From IMG/VR virus record IMGVR_UViG_3300037110_000087, positions 124,001 to 188,000 of that record: DNA of 64,000 nucleotides. The stretch is one strand, 5' to 3'. Shown here in pieces: positions 9,732 to 19,923 of this stretch. Each line of letters starts with the position of its first letter. Positions within the stretch are counted from its first letter, which is position 1. The notes under the pieces are model-generated. The model did no database searches. It worked only from the letters and a program-made list of their open reading frames with translations, and was not told the origin of the DNA. The translations under genes and the position numbers were made by a program.

Positions 9732-11846
9732 TTGACTCTAATTATTTATCCCCCTCTATTAGACACTGTTGGGCAGGAAGTGAGAGACATAGGGACCAAC
9801 ACTCTCCCCACGTCCAACAACTTCTGGTATGAGAATATTGCCCAGATCCCAACTGTCCTCAATCCGATCGTCTTCAAGATAGTATCCGATCAGGTTGGTG
9901 TTGAACATAGTTTGTCGTTAGATGGTGTATTCGTACAATATGTGATACCACAAAGTACAACGGACACCTTCTCTCTGCTACTAAATCCAGGGATCTACGA
10001 GATAGTTGTTCAGAATAGCATAGAAAGTTATTCCTTGGTCTTCCAAATTTCTCTAAAAGAACTGATCTGGTGGATGTGGATCCAGCAGTTAAAGGGCCAT
10101 TATCAAAATCTTGAAGTGATAGAAGCCAGAGCTAATAGTCCTCTCTTCATCTACCCCTTTGAGATGGCCTGTCCCGATGAACTAAAGGAAATCAACAATT
10201 CACAATGGGCCTTGAGGTCATACTGTGGATCATCGAATAGCACAGGGATAGCATCGAACCTGATGAAAATGGCATCAGGTTTAATTGATGCTCCAGTTCA
10301 GGATATGCCGAGATCCGATGAAATCATTAATCCTTGGGATAATTTTAGTCATTTAAGAATCTCACTGGTCGATCCTACTTTTGCTAGACGATCGGCATTT
10401 CTAGCTAAGCAGATTCCAGAAACTGTCGTTGATACTTCTAATAATCACGCTTTGATTAACTATGATAATCCCACTTACCAGACAGCCATCTCTGATCTCG
10501 GTCTAAGTAGAATCATAGTGAATTTGTCCTTGGCCCCCACGACTAACGCGGCTGGTGTGCAATTACCTCCTAATACTCAAATAGGGTATGTCTACGAACC
10601 AACTGGATGGATCAGTTCAGATTGGGTCACTCCTGATTGGGTCAATGAAGGATCAGATTGGGTCCAAGTGGTATTGAATGGGCTGAGTGCTAATTGCACT
10701 TCTCTTTCCATTTACAATTCGAATGGCATAATGATGTATTCCAGCAATGACACTGATAGTGCATTGTATTCTGGGAATTCCACCCCTTCTATTACAGTTG
10801 GGGAAATAAGAGATTGGTTTGTTAACCCAATTACAGGAGATTGCTTCCAAAAAGATCCACAGGATGCTGATTCTCAGGATGCAGCCACTTCTCCTTGGGT
10901 CTTCGAGTATAACTTGTTCTCACGAGTTGGATCAGTCTATTCAGCTACTAATTCTACAGGAACTATTAAGTATTTCAACACCTATAATGAAGCTGTCATT
11001 TCTCTCGGGTCAAATCTTTCGTCTTGGACAGTCTTGCCAGTGGCTGGATCATCAATCCTGGTTGATTCAATTACTCCAGGACTACTAGTGAATTGGCTGG
11101 GATCATGGAATGTTGCTGGCAAGTGGAATACCATGATAATTGTTAATGGTAAACAGGGTGCTTATGTACCCTATGTAATCAATGACGCAGTTTCTTACAA
11201 AGGAATCACTTATACTAAAGTTTCGAATATAAATCCAACAATGACTCCAGATATAAGTGCCGATTGGGTGTCTAATGTAGGTGATATCTACGTAAATTCA
11301 ACCAATGGAAAAGTATATAAGAATTTACCAGGGTACGACGCTGCTGGCAATTTGTATATCTTCTGGAGTTATCAGTTCAATATTAAAGACTTCTTCACTC
11401 AGGTTCTCACCGATACCGGGATCACCTACATATCAAATTGGTATGCACCACTTGTAGGGTCTTCCTTAGAAATTTCTTTCTTCGGAGATAACGCTTTCCT
11501 TTTGCCACCTCCTCCTCAGAAATTGTCTTCTCTTTCGGGGGACCAGATTTTTAATTATATCCTATCAACTATCACCAATGTTATCACCATTGATTCATTA
11601 GATTGCTACAATTGGACTCTACAAGCTAGTAATTCCTTAACTTCTGCGGTTGATCCCATCAATATCTTTGATTATACAAATCAAAGTCGAAGCATTGATG
11701 TAACCGGAATTCTTTTACAAGGCTATGATGTCTTCACCTTATCAGGAATAGGTTTCCCTTCCATTAATAATGGTGCTACTCCAGCATCCAGTACCGTTCA
11801 ATTAAGTCTGGGCAATCCGGTGCATACTACAATGGTAATGAGATAA
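9732..11846 (+). CDS. baseplate wedge/tail-fibre attachment protein
   Basis: Follows the J-like gene; contains a W.GSW...Y..NDAVSY.G.TY beta-module seen in tail proteins. Confidence 0.5.
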   Translation: MTLIIYPPLLDTVGQEVRDIGTNTLPTSNNFWYENIAQIPTVLNPIVFKIVSDQVGVEHSLSLDGVFVQYVIPQSTTDTFSLLLNPGIYEIVVQNSIESYSLVFQISLKELIWWMWIQQLKGHYQNLEVIEARANSPLFIYPFEMACPDELKEINNSQWALRSYCGSSNSTGIASNLMKMASGLIDAPVQDMPRSDEIINPWDNFSHLRISLVDPTFARRSAFLAKQIPETVVDTSNNHALINYDNPTYQTAISDLGLSRIIVNLSLAPTTNAAGVQLPPNTQIGYVYEPTGWISSDWVTPDWVNEGSDWVQVVLNGLSANCTSLSIYNSNGIMMYSSNDTDSALYSGNSTPSITVGEIRDWFVNPITGDCFQKDPQDADSQDAATSPWVFEYNLFSRVGSVYSATNSTGTIKYFNTYNEAVISLGSNLSSWTVLPVAGSSILVDSITPGLLVNWLGSWNVAGKWNTMIIVNGKQGAYVPYVINDAVSYKGITYTKVSNINPTMTPDISADWVSNVGDIYVNSTNGKVYKNLPGYDAAGNLYIFWSYQFNIKDFFTQVLTDTGITYISNWYAPLVGSSLEISFFGDNAFLLPPPPQKLSSLSGDQIFNYILSTITNVITIDSLDCYNWTLQASNSLTSAVDPINIFDYTNQSRSIDVTGILLQGYDVFTLSGIGFPSINNGATPASSTVQLSLGNPVHTTMVMR

Positions 11847-11847
11847 T

Positions 11848-13986
11848 ATGAGCATTCACGTTTTCGATACCACGGCAGACAAACCCTGGGCACTATCCAG
11901 AGAAACTATTAACGGCAATGATGCTGGATATGAGAGCATTCTATCCATTTCGACGAGTGGATCTGGTGTAACCCAGTGTTCAGCTTCTTTCCCACTCCTT
12001 AATGCAGATAACCACTTGGATAGATATCCAAATCTGAACTTGTATAATATCTATCCATCGCTTAATCAGCTTGCTGCGATGAGCTATCAGTATTGTGCAG
12101 ACGGGACCACAGTGCAAGTGGGATCCCAGTTTTTTCGTTATAGTGCATCCTCCACTGGAACTCCGGATGGAACGGTGATCATCATCCCCTTTGATGATCA
12201 TAATGGATCAACTCTTCTCCCAGGTAGATGGATTTTAGTCACTGATACTTACTCCTTGGATCAATATGGAGCATTGGGACCAGGGGCTAGATTCATTAAT
12301 CTCCCCTACACGAGGATGGATGAAGGGGTAGATTTTGGTTTTGATCTCGATAGTATTAATTCCAATTTCCAAGATGATAGTATCACCAATATGGCTCCTC
12401 AGAGCTATAGACAGGCTCCTGTTTTCTATTTCCAGGGGCTTCTGGATACAGAAAATGCTGCTACTTCTAGTCAGTACGGTCAATATAGTCTATGGACATG
12501 GTATCGGGTCAAGTCAACTTATACAATTGATCCAAATAATCAATCACAGGTAGTCTCCTCAGTTGGTGATGACACCACCCCCACTCCTATATCATTCTGG
12601 CAAGGACTTGGCAGTTTTGAGATCACTCTCCTATCTGATCAGTCAAATGACTCAGTAGAGATGGACTCAGTAGATCTAGATCTATCTGGTCCAGTCTTCT
12701 ATCCACAATTTCAAGCCAATCCTCTCGTGGCTCGTACTGCTGCAGAAATTGTTGCATTCTCCAATTACTATGGGTTCTCTCCCACACATTGGGCATATCC
12801 TTTCGCTGCCTCTTATGACTTTGTGATGGACCCAGTTCTGGATTCACAGCTGCAGACCCCAAGAAAGATCGGGTTTGCTAACTTGCTAACTTCAACGACC
12901 CTGGCTAGTCTGGAATTGACCAATCCATCGCTTAATGCAGCTATAATCTATGAAACTCCTACTATTTTAGATTTTCCAGATACTGGGCCAGATAGCCAAA
13001 ACTTCCCTACAGATATTGTTTGGAACCCGCTAGATATGGACTCCGACCCAACCGGTGGAATTAGCGCAACCGTTGATGGCTCACCCACTTGGGGAAAGAC
13101 CAGCTTAACTATGGATCAAACAGATCCTCTTCCGATTGTGATCCGTTGTTACTTCTCAGCAGTCAGTCAGTATACCCTTGATAGCTTTGATCTCGTTCAG
13201 ATCGCTCCTGTCAATTTAAGCTATGCTGATCCCGGAGTATGTATTCTAGGGGCTTCGTTCCTAGAATATCCAGTTATAACTGGTATTGTTGATAACTACA
13301 CGGTTTCTGGTCTTCCGAATGGTTTGAGTATTGATCCTCTTACAGGTATCATCTCTGGGTCCTATACCCTTATTGGGGCTTTTGATGCAACAATTACGGC
13401 TACTAATAATGGTGGAAGCTGTACAACCTCAGTGACATTTAATGTCACATTGCCAATTCCATCTAGCCTTAGTTATGCCACCCCATCTCTTGCTGCAGTT
13501 GGAAGTTCCTTCTCGGGAGTTCCAACTGTAGTAGGGACTTATTTGACTTTTACTGCCACCAATCTACCTCCTGGATTAACTATTGATTCTTCCACAGGTA
13601 TTATCTCCGGTGTTTATTCTGCTGCCGATGTCAGTAATGCCACTGTCACCGCTACCAATTCTTCCGGTAGTATCTCCACTCAAATACCCTTTGATGTAAT
13701 CTCCACTGCTTCCGTCTCTATCTCACCAAATGCTCCCTTCAGTTTGATGAGTGGGGCCATTCAATCAGTTACCGGAACAGTTACCGGCACTGGCAATACC
13801 GCGATCATTTGGACCGTTGATGGTATTACTGGTGGTAATTCCACAGTTGGAACGATTACCGGAACAGGGAGTATTGTGGTTTATACTGCTCCAGTTGTGA
13901 CTATTTTAGAAACCCATACCATTTCCGCCACTAGTGTGGTAGATTCCTCTAAGTCAGCTTCTGTCGTCGTAACGATTAATCCGTAG
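11848..13986 (+). CDS. tail/receptor-binding protein with two putative-Ig (He_PIG-like) repeats and a C-terminal Ig-like domain
   Basis: LPNGLSIDPLTGIISG and LPPGLTIDSSTGIISG repeats; terminal WTVDGITGGNSTVGTI...YTAP...SATSVVDSSKSASVVVTI. Confidence 0.75.
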   Translation: MSIHVFDTTADKPWALSRETINGNDAGYESILSISTSGSGVTQCSASFPLLNADNHLDRYPNLNLYNIYPSLNQLAAMSYQYCADGTTVQVGSQFFRYSASSTGTPDGTVIIIPFDDHNGSTLLPGRWILVTDTYSLDQYGALGPGARFINLPYTRMDEGVDFGFDLDSINSNFQDDSITNMAPQSYRQAPVFYFQGLLDTENAATSSQYGQYSLWTWYRVKSTYTIDPNNQSQVVSSVGDDTTPTPISFWQGLGSFEITLLSDQSNDSVEMDSVDLDLSGPVFYPQFQANPLVARTAAEIVAFSNYYGFSPTHWAYPFAASYDFVMDPVLDSQLQTPRKIGFANLLTSTTLASLELTNPSLNAAIIYETPTILDFPDTGPDSQNFPTDIVWNPLDMDSDPTGGISATVDGSPTWGKTSLTMDQTDPLPIVIRCYFSAVSQYTLDSFDLVQIAPVNLSYADPGVCILGASFLEYPVITGIVDNYTVSGLPNGLSIDPLTGIISGSYTLIGAFDATITATNNGGSCTTSVTFNVTLPIPSSLSYATPSLAAVGSSFSGVPTVVGTYLTFTATNLPPGLTIDSSTGIISGVYSAADVSNATVTATNSSGSISTQIPFDVISTASVSISPNAPFSLMSGAIQSVTGTVTGTGNTAIIWTVDGITGGNSTVGTITGTGSIVVYTAPVVTILETHTISATSVVDSSKSASVVVTINP

Positions 13987-14018
13987 AAATGATAAAATCG
14001 AAAATAAGGAAATAGAAC

Positions 14019-15980
14019 ATGCCGATTACAGTTACTACCAGACAAGGAAATGGAGCCCCATTAACAGCTGCCCAGGCTGATGCCGACCTAACTGTCCTTT
14101 GTGATAGCCTGAATGCTGTTGCAGAAGAGCAAGCTCAGCTTGATACTCAAATAGTCTCTCTCGCTACGACAGTGACAACAGTTCAGGAACAGGTAGCTAC
14201 CGTAGGTCTGCAAGTCTCTGGTCTGCAAACTAGTGTTAGCACAATAGGCGGTCTTGTAGCTATCGAGCAGAGCGCGGTTGTAGCAGTGCAGATCGTAGCG
14301 CAAAGTGCATCAACCGCAGCACAGACAGCACAGACAGCAGTTGATACTACTAATGCTGCACTGGTCACAACAAACGCTAATTTAGCAGCCCTAACTAGTG
14401 AGGTTGGGAATTCCTCTACTGGGTTGGGAGCGCTGGCATCCTCTCTTACTACTATTCATTCCACTCTCGCCACTGATATTTCCACAGTAGCAGATTCTCT
14501 TACTACATTGACTTCACAGGTCAATAATCCAACCACTGGTCTAGCTGCTTCAGTATCCACTCTTACTGAGGAAATTACCACTAATGCTACAGCGACGACA
14601 GCTAATGCTACAGCGATAACTAATTTGACTGCCCAGGTCAACAACTCTACTACTGGTTTGCCTGCGTCAGTAGCTTCCCTCTCTTCAGCAATAACAGCTA
14701 ATGCTACAGCGACGACAGCTAATGCTACAGCGATAACTAATTTGACTGCCCAGGTCAATGATCCAACCAGTGGCCTAGCCGCTTCTGTTGCGACAATTAA
14801 CGGAACTTTAGCTACTGATGCTACGGCAATAACAGCTAATGCTACAGCGATTTCCACCCTGTCCGCTCAGGTCAACAACTCGACTACCGGTTTACCAGCA
14901 TCTGTGGCATCCTTGACTCAAACAGACATTGCTCAGGCTGCTGCCACGACTGCGTTAGCTACTAGAACCACAGATCTAGAATTGACTGTAAATGATCCAA
15001 CCACTGGCTTGGCCCATACCGTTGGTCTTGTTGAATCATTGCAGACTCAGATAGATGATCTCGGTACCGCAAGCGCTGAATGGAAGATTCAGGCTGACGT
15101 AAATGGAAATATTTCTGGCCTAGATTTTACTGCTTCATCACCTGTTAATGGTGGAACTCCACAATCCGCATTTAAGGTCTTAGCTAGCACTTTTACCGTG
15201 ATAGATCCAACTAATCCAACTGTCGGCGTTAGCCCCTTCACTGTGACCGGCGGTAATGTTTTTGTAAATAATATTCAATCTTCTAACTATGTTACCCCTA
15301 CTTCATCGACACCACCTGTCGGGTACAAATTGTTCTCTGTGCCTTATACCACTACCTTCCTCGATGGCACCACTGCTAGTGTCGATTTCGAGCTTGGGAC
15401 TACTGCTAACTTCGGTGGATATCAGGTAGCGGATATCACAAATGGAATCAAACTAAATATCACCGAGTATAATGGAGTCATTACTTCCACCGGAAATCCA
15501 ACGACTTCAGCCACTGTTGTCTGGGTGAAAAGCTATATAGGGAGTGGTGCCACCAATATAAGTGTCGGGACTACAGTCACTATAGTCAATGATATATCCG
15601 GGTCCACGAAGGCAGTACTAGGTTTCATGCCAGTGGTCTGTAATAGAACTGGTTATTATCAAATTTTCCCCTCTCTCGGTAGTTCTACCGGTAATGTATC
15701 TTTGAGTTTTACACCCTCTCAGAATGTGGGTGTCTTGAATACAATGACTGCCAAGGGTAGTATATTCTTACCTGCTGCTTCAAATTATTATTATTTAATT
15801 GCCGGTACAACCTATTATCTGTGCCTTCCTTTGGGTAGTATGGTATCTTCAGGAGGTGGTTGGGGTATTATAGGATATCATAATGGTGATCCTGAATATG
15901 GCCCCACTGATGTCGTGACAACATACACACCTGTCTCCCCTTTGTACACTGATGTAGTATTCCAATTCGGTGGTCTGTAA
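14019..15980 (+). CDS. tail fibre with coiled-coil repeats and a DUF1983-like (tail tip J C-terminal) segment
   Basis: N-terminal TRQGNGAPLT...D motif; ~39-aa A/T-rich repeats; WKIQADVNGNISGLDF...FKVLASTFTVIDP. Confidence 0.7.
   Translation: MPITVTTRQGNGAPLTAAQADADLTVLCDSLNAVAEEQAQLDTQIVSLATTVTTVQEQVATVGLQVSGLQTSVSTIGGLVAIEQSAVVAVQIVAQSASTAAQTAQTAVDTTNAALVTTNANLAALTSEVGNSSTGLGALASSLTTIHSTLATDISTVADSLTTLTSQVNNPTTGLAASVSTLTEEITTNATATTANATAITNLTAQVNNSTTGLPASVASLSSAITANATATTANATAITNLTAQVNDPTSGLAASVATINGTLATDATAITANATAISTLSAQVNNSTTGLPASVASLTQTDIAQAAATTALATRTTDLELTVNDPTTGLAHTVGLVESLQTQIDDLGTASAEWKIQADVNGNISGLDFTASSPVNGGTPQSAFKVLASTFTVIDPTNPTVGVSPFTVTGGNVFVNNIQSSNYVTPTSSTPPVGYKLFSVPYTTTFLDGTTASVDFELGTTANFGGYQVADITNGIKLNITEYNGVITSTGNPTTSATVVWVKSYIGSGATNISVGTTVTIVNDISGSTKAVLGFMPVVCNRTGYYQIFPSLGSSTGNVSLSFTPSQNVGVLNTMTAKGSIFLPAASNYYYLIAGTTYYLCLPLGSMVSSGGGWGIIGYHNGDPEYGPTDVVTTYTPVSPLYTDVVFQFGGL
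14581..14758 (+). repeat. 61-nt exact direct repeat (14581-14641 and 14698-14758; 117-nt period)
   Basis: ctaatgctacagcgacgacagctaatgctacagcgataactaatttgactgcccaggtcaa occurs twice. Confidence 0.9.
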
Positions 15981-16006
15981 AAGTTATAGACTGAAATGAG
16001 GAATTA

Positions 16007-16843
16007 TTGTCCACACTTGATTTATTACTGACCCCAACTCTTGAGAAATTAAAGGGACTCTATGGAACTAGCTCATCAGATAATCTGCTAAAAGTAGTTC
16101 TGAAGCCTGAGTATGATTACTTCTACAATGTAGTGATAGGAGATCATGATCAAGCAGGTAGAGCCATGGATTATAAAGAATATGGATTAGGATATTCTGA
16201 ACTGGACAAAGTGGAAGTTAGGAAATTAATTGGTAAACCCCTTTTAGAAGTGGCGGAGGTTTGTTTACATTCCCCTTCTCATCGGGAGCGTAGTATTGGA
16301 ATAGCCGCTTTGGCTGCTGCTTCCAAACCGTTCATGACTCAAGAGGTATTGGCCCTTCGTGGTATTAGTCTAGTGGCTCCTTATATGAGCCAACTGAACA
16401 AAGAAGATAAAATAGTAATAGTCGGATTCGGATTTTGTGGTGCGGATGAATTGAGGAGATTCCCTAATCTGCATATCACTGATCTGCGCAAGACCGAGAA
16501 TTTGATACCATTCTCCATTGATAATATTTCCACTGGGTATGATCAATTAGACTATCGTCTGCACGGTCCAAAAGATAATAAAATCCTACTAGAGAATGCG
16601 GATATTGTATCTATAACTGGTAGTTCTATGACGAATGGCTCATTTTGGGATTTATTTGAGTATGCAAAGAATGCCAAAGAGAAAATAGTGTACGGGGAAT
16701 CTATCTTCATTCCTGATATACTGTTAGATCTGGGGATAACAAGCGTTGAATCCGTCGAATATTCTTATGATTATCTTATCGGGGAATATGATCGGACAAA
16801 AATCCCCTTTCAACGCAAAACAATGAGAAGGATTAATGGTTGA
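16007..16843 (+). CDS. DUF4213/DUF364 (Rossmann-like, putative heavy-metal chelation) family protein
   Basis: GRA(M), SIGIAALAA, KIVIVGF, ADIVSITGSSMTNGS, IVYGES; 278 aa; TTG start with RBS. Confidence 0.7.
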   Translation: MSTLDLLLTPTLEKLKGLYGTSSSDNLLKVVLKPEYDYFYNVVIGDHDQAGRAMDYKEYGLGYSELDKVEVRKLIGKPLLEVAEVCLHSPSHRERSIGIAALAAASKPFMTQEVLALRGISLVAPYMSQLNKEDKIVIVGFGFCGADELRRFPNLHITDLRKTENLIPFSIDNISTGYDQLDYRLHGPKDNKILLENADIVSITGSSMTNGSFWDLFEYAKNAKEKIVYGESIFIPDILLDLGITSVESVEYSYDYLIGEYDRTKIPFQRKTMRRING

Positions 16844-19196
16844 CATTAAGTTAGGAAGTTTAGTCGATGAAGTACTAGAAAATAACTGGGACCTTGGTAG
16901 TTTAGAACTCAGACAATATAATGTAACAAAGGCCGCTAATTCCATCGAATGGGCGACTAATCCGGCTTATATCAATTTTGAGCCTTGGCCGCGCCAGATT
17001 CAGATTCTGACAGAATTCTTTGAGGACTATTGCCCCCGTTGTTCCAATATGTCAGTAGTAAGGGACATGTGGGGTATGCCTTTTAGAGAAATAGAGAATA
17101 ATGTTTCCTTTCTTAGATACGGAAAATGTCCTAATTGTGGAGGAACACGTGGGGAATTCAGAGCAGAGGGATTACATAGAGGTATCCAGGAGATCATTGG
17201 TATCGCAGGCCAGAGATGTCTAGACCCAGAGACCTGCATTCTTTTAGCAAATGGGACCCCAATTCTCATCCAGGATGTAATCATTGGAGACATTCTTAAA
17301 GATAAACATGGGACCTTTACTTCCGTCCTAAAGAAGGAAGTCAATAAACAACCTGGATATTTCAAGATTTTCTTGAGATTACCAGATGGAAATTCAGCCG
17401 AAGTCAAATGTGGTCATGAACATCTGTGGATCACACCCACCGGGGAACGAGTTTCTACTGAGTTGCTCAGTAGGGACTTAATCATGCATGAAGATGGGTG
17501 GTGTGAGATTCTCGGAATAGAGAAGATCCGTGTACCCAAGAGAATGGTAGATATTGAGACTGAATCAAAGACCTTCTTAGGGACTAACGGAGTCGTTTAT
17601 CACAATTCTGGTAAGACTCTTCTCACCGGAATCATAAGTACTTATATTGGGCATCGGTATCTCTGTCTCGATGGAATTTGTGCTAACAACTTCGCTGGAT
17701 TGAGAGATACTGTACTTAATGCTACCTTCGTAGCTAGTGACAGGAGTCAGGTCAAAGATACCACTTGGGAATACTTTGTTAATGAAGTCAATAAATCCTC
17801 TTGGTTCCAAAATTACTTACAATATCTGAAGGACGAGGGGAAGAGATTAGGCGTGGAACTTTATGCGTTCAAGGAGGACCTCCATCTGATCTTTAAGCAT
17901 AAAAAATTGATGTTTGAGTTCAAGGTGGCCGATGGAACTACCTTGAGAGGCAAGACCCGGTTCTTGTGCGGAATTGACGAATTAGGCTGGTTCTCTAACC
18001 GTGAAGATGCCAAGGTAAGATCCGGAAAGAAGACTTACGCAGCTTTATCAAACTCTCTTAGAACTGTTCGTACTGGCTGTGAGGCCAGATGGGGAGATGG
18101 TTACTATGATCTCCCTACTGGCTATATGATCTCTGTGTCTAGTCCTCAGGCAGAGGATGATCCAATTATGACTTTGGCCTCTAATGCCAGAGATGATAAG
18201 CAGACCTATAACTTCCACTATGCCACGTGGGAAATAGCTCCACATATCACTAGAGAGAGCCTCAGATCTGATTTCATCAAAGATCCCATGGCCGCTCAAA
18301 GAGATTTTGCAGCAATCCCAGGAACCGGTAAAGACATCTTCCTACCTAATGTGGAGATGATGCATGCAAATATTGATGATGATAAGAACAATATCATTCA
18401 ATATACCCATGAAACTTTCCATCAGGTAGTCAAAGGGACTGTCTATAACTACGTTAAGGCCATCCTCCAGGGATTACCCATTGATCGCACCGTCCCTTAT
18501 TGCTTAGCTCTCGATGCAGGAGAAGTCCAGAACTCCTTTGCCATCATTCTGACTAGCATGAGAGATGATAAGACCTCCATTGACGGTCTGATCCAGATCA
18601 AACCAGTAATGGTAAACACAGTTGGTAGTATTGCTGCAGTACATTTCCCAAGCGTAACCGATTTGATCAAGGAGATGGCTAGAAAGGTCAGTATCCAGGA
18701 AGTAATCATTGATCGATGGCAATCGGCTAGTATTGTTCATGAATTGAGGGATGTGGGAATCAAGGCAGAACGATATAGCTTGAAATATGCTGATCTAGTT
18801 AATTTCAAGAATCGTTATCTAGCCAATTTGGTAATTTATCCAGCACCAGAGATCAGATTTCAACTTTTGATGTTGGAACATTTGACTGATAAGATGCCAA
18901 TTGCTCAGCTTCTGAAACAGACTAGAACCGTTAGAGACAACGGTAAGCAGGTCCTAAAACCAGCACAGGGAGATGATGATCTGTTCCGCTGTTCCGTATT
19001 GGCTGATTATATTATGAACCGCGACAAGAAGGATTACCAGATGCGCCTTGGTATCTCTCGCGCCCTTGAGAACGGAATGAAAGCATTTTTTGTCAACGGA
19101 CAGATCATGAGAGATCTAATTACCAAGATCCAATCTAGAGCAGCCAGTGGGATAGGTAACGTGGTATCCGTTGCGAGAAGAAACTCAAATAGATAG
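16836..19196 (+). CDS. terL: terminase large subunit, intein-containing
   Basis: Walker A G-Q-R|S-G-K-T split by the intein; Walker B LCGIDE; RNase H-like nuclease motifs LALDAG, IIDRWQS, DDDL; N-terminal CPRC...CPNC insert. Confidence 0.9.
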   Translation: MVDIKLGSLVDEVLENNWDLGSLELRQYNVTKAANSIEWATNPAYINFEPWPRQIQILTEFFEDYCPRCSNMSVVRDMWGMPFREIENNVSFLRYGKCPNCGGTRGEFRAEGLHRGIQEIIGIAGQRCLDPETCILLANGTPILIQDVIIGDILKDKHGTFTSVLKKEVNKQPGYFKIFLRLPDGNSAEVKCGHEHLWITPTGERVSTELLSRDLIMHEDGWCEILGIEKIRVPKRMVDIETESKTFLGTNGVVYHNSGKTLLTGIISTYIGHRYLCLDGICANNFAGLRDTVLNATFVASDRSQVKDTTWEYFVNEVNKSSWFQNYLQYLKDEGKRLGVELYAFKEDLHLIFKHKKLMFEFKVADGTTLRGKTRFLCGIDELGWFSNREDAKVRSGKKTYAALSNSLRTVRTGCEARWGDGYYDLPTGYMISVSSPQAEDDPIMTLASNARDDKQTYNFHYATWEIAPHITRESLRSDFIKDPMAAQRDFAAIPGTGKDIFLPNVEMMHANIDDDKNNIIQYTHETFHQVVKGTVYNYVKAILQGLPIDRTVPYCLALDAGEVQNSFAIILTSMRDDKTSIDGLIQIKPVMVNTVGSIAAVHFPSVTDLIKEMARKVSIQEVIIDRWQSASIVHELRDVGIKAERYSLKYADLVNFKNRYLANLVIYPAPEIRFQLLMLEHLTDKMPIAQLLKQTRTVRDNGKQVLKPAQGDDDLFRCSVLADYIMNRDKKDYQMRLGISRALENGMKAFFVNGQIMRDLITKIQSRAASGIGNVVSVARRNSNR
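17217..17606 (+). mobile_element. mini-intein (130 aa, no endonuclease) in the terminase P-loop
   Basis: Starts CLDPET, block B CGHEHLW, ends VDIETESKTFLGTNGVVYHN, followed by Ser(+1). Confidence 0.92.
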
Positions 19197-19219
19197 TAAA
19201 ATGGAAAAAGAGGTATCAC

Positions 19220-19660
19220 ATGCTACTAATCGATGCTGTAAAAGTCGCCAGGAAGACCAACAATGACGCAACCCTAGAGAGTGTCGCACTAGAGGCATTC
19301 AATGCCGGAAAGATTGTTTCCATCAGAGGGAAGGCCGTAACCAGCTTCATCGCTCTCTTGGCCGCTTCTGATCTAGTTACCGCCAAGATCGATGAGAAAC
19401 CCACTGTGAAAACAGCTTCCATGAACAAGACCGCTGGTCTTTTCGATACCGTTACCTCTATCACTGAATGCCCACATTGCCAGACCAAGATGAAATCCAT
19501 TAAACTAGCTGAGGCTCAAGCTGCTATGTATTGCCCACAGTGTCGCCACTGTGACTATGACAACAAGGACAAGAGCCGCATCAATGCCGGTACCCCCAGC
19601 AGGGATAAGCACTTAGAAATGAAACTGTCTGATCCCGGTCACTGTGAAATCAAGGGATAA
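19220..19660 (+). CDS. Zn-ribbon protein (CPHC...CPQC)
   Basis: Two CxxC pairs; KTASMNKTAG linker; RBS gaggt. Confidence 0.7.
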   Translation: MLLIDAVKVARKTNNDATLESVALEAFNAGKIVSIRGKAVTSFIALLAASDLVTAKIDEKPTVKTASMNKTAGLFDTVTSITECPHCQTKMKSIKLAEAQAAMYCPQCRHCDYDNKDKSRINAGTPSRDKHLEMKLSDPGHCEIKG

Positions 19661-19662
19661 TT

Positions 19663-19914
19663 ATGAAACTGCTCCTGAGAGCATTCGTCAAAAAATCCAA
19701 TACCAAAGCTGAGGAAATCTATCAGTCTGAGGAATTACAGGGATTGTTCGATGAGGTGAGGGGGATCTATCCCAATTACAATTCTGACATGGTAGAGGCC
19801 GAGATTGCCACGGAATGGATTTTAGATAACTATGAGATCAGGTTCTGTAATGATGAGTTACCACTATTACTTAGAGAGGAATTATGTGGGATGGTCTTTG
19901 ACGGCCTGACCTAG
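19663..19914 (+). CDS. small acidic protein, leader-motif family member 1
   Basis: N-terminus MKLLLRAFVKKS; paralogous to the next ORF. Confidence 0.75.
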   Translation: MKLLLRAFVKKSNTKAEEIYQSEELQGLFDEVRGIYPNYNSDMVEAEIATEWILDNYEIRFCNDELPLLLREELCGMVFDGLT

Positions 19915-19923
19915 GAGAACACC

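Noticed and set aside
14019-15980. Diversity-generating retroelement target in the tail fibre
   Set aside because: No reverse transcriptase and no adenine-specific TR/VR pair seen; the repeats are in-frame structural repeats.
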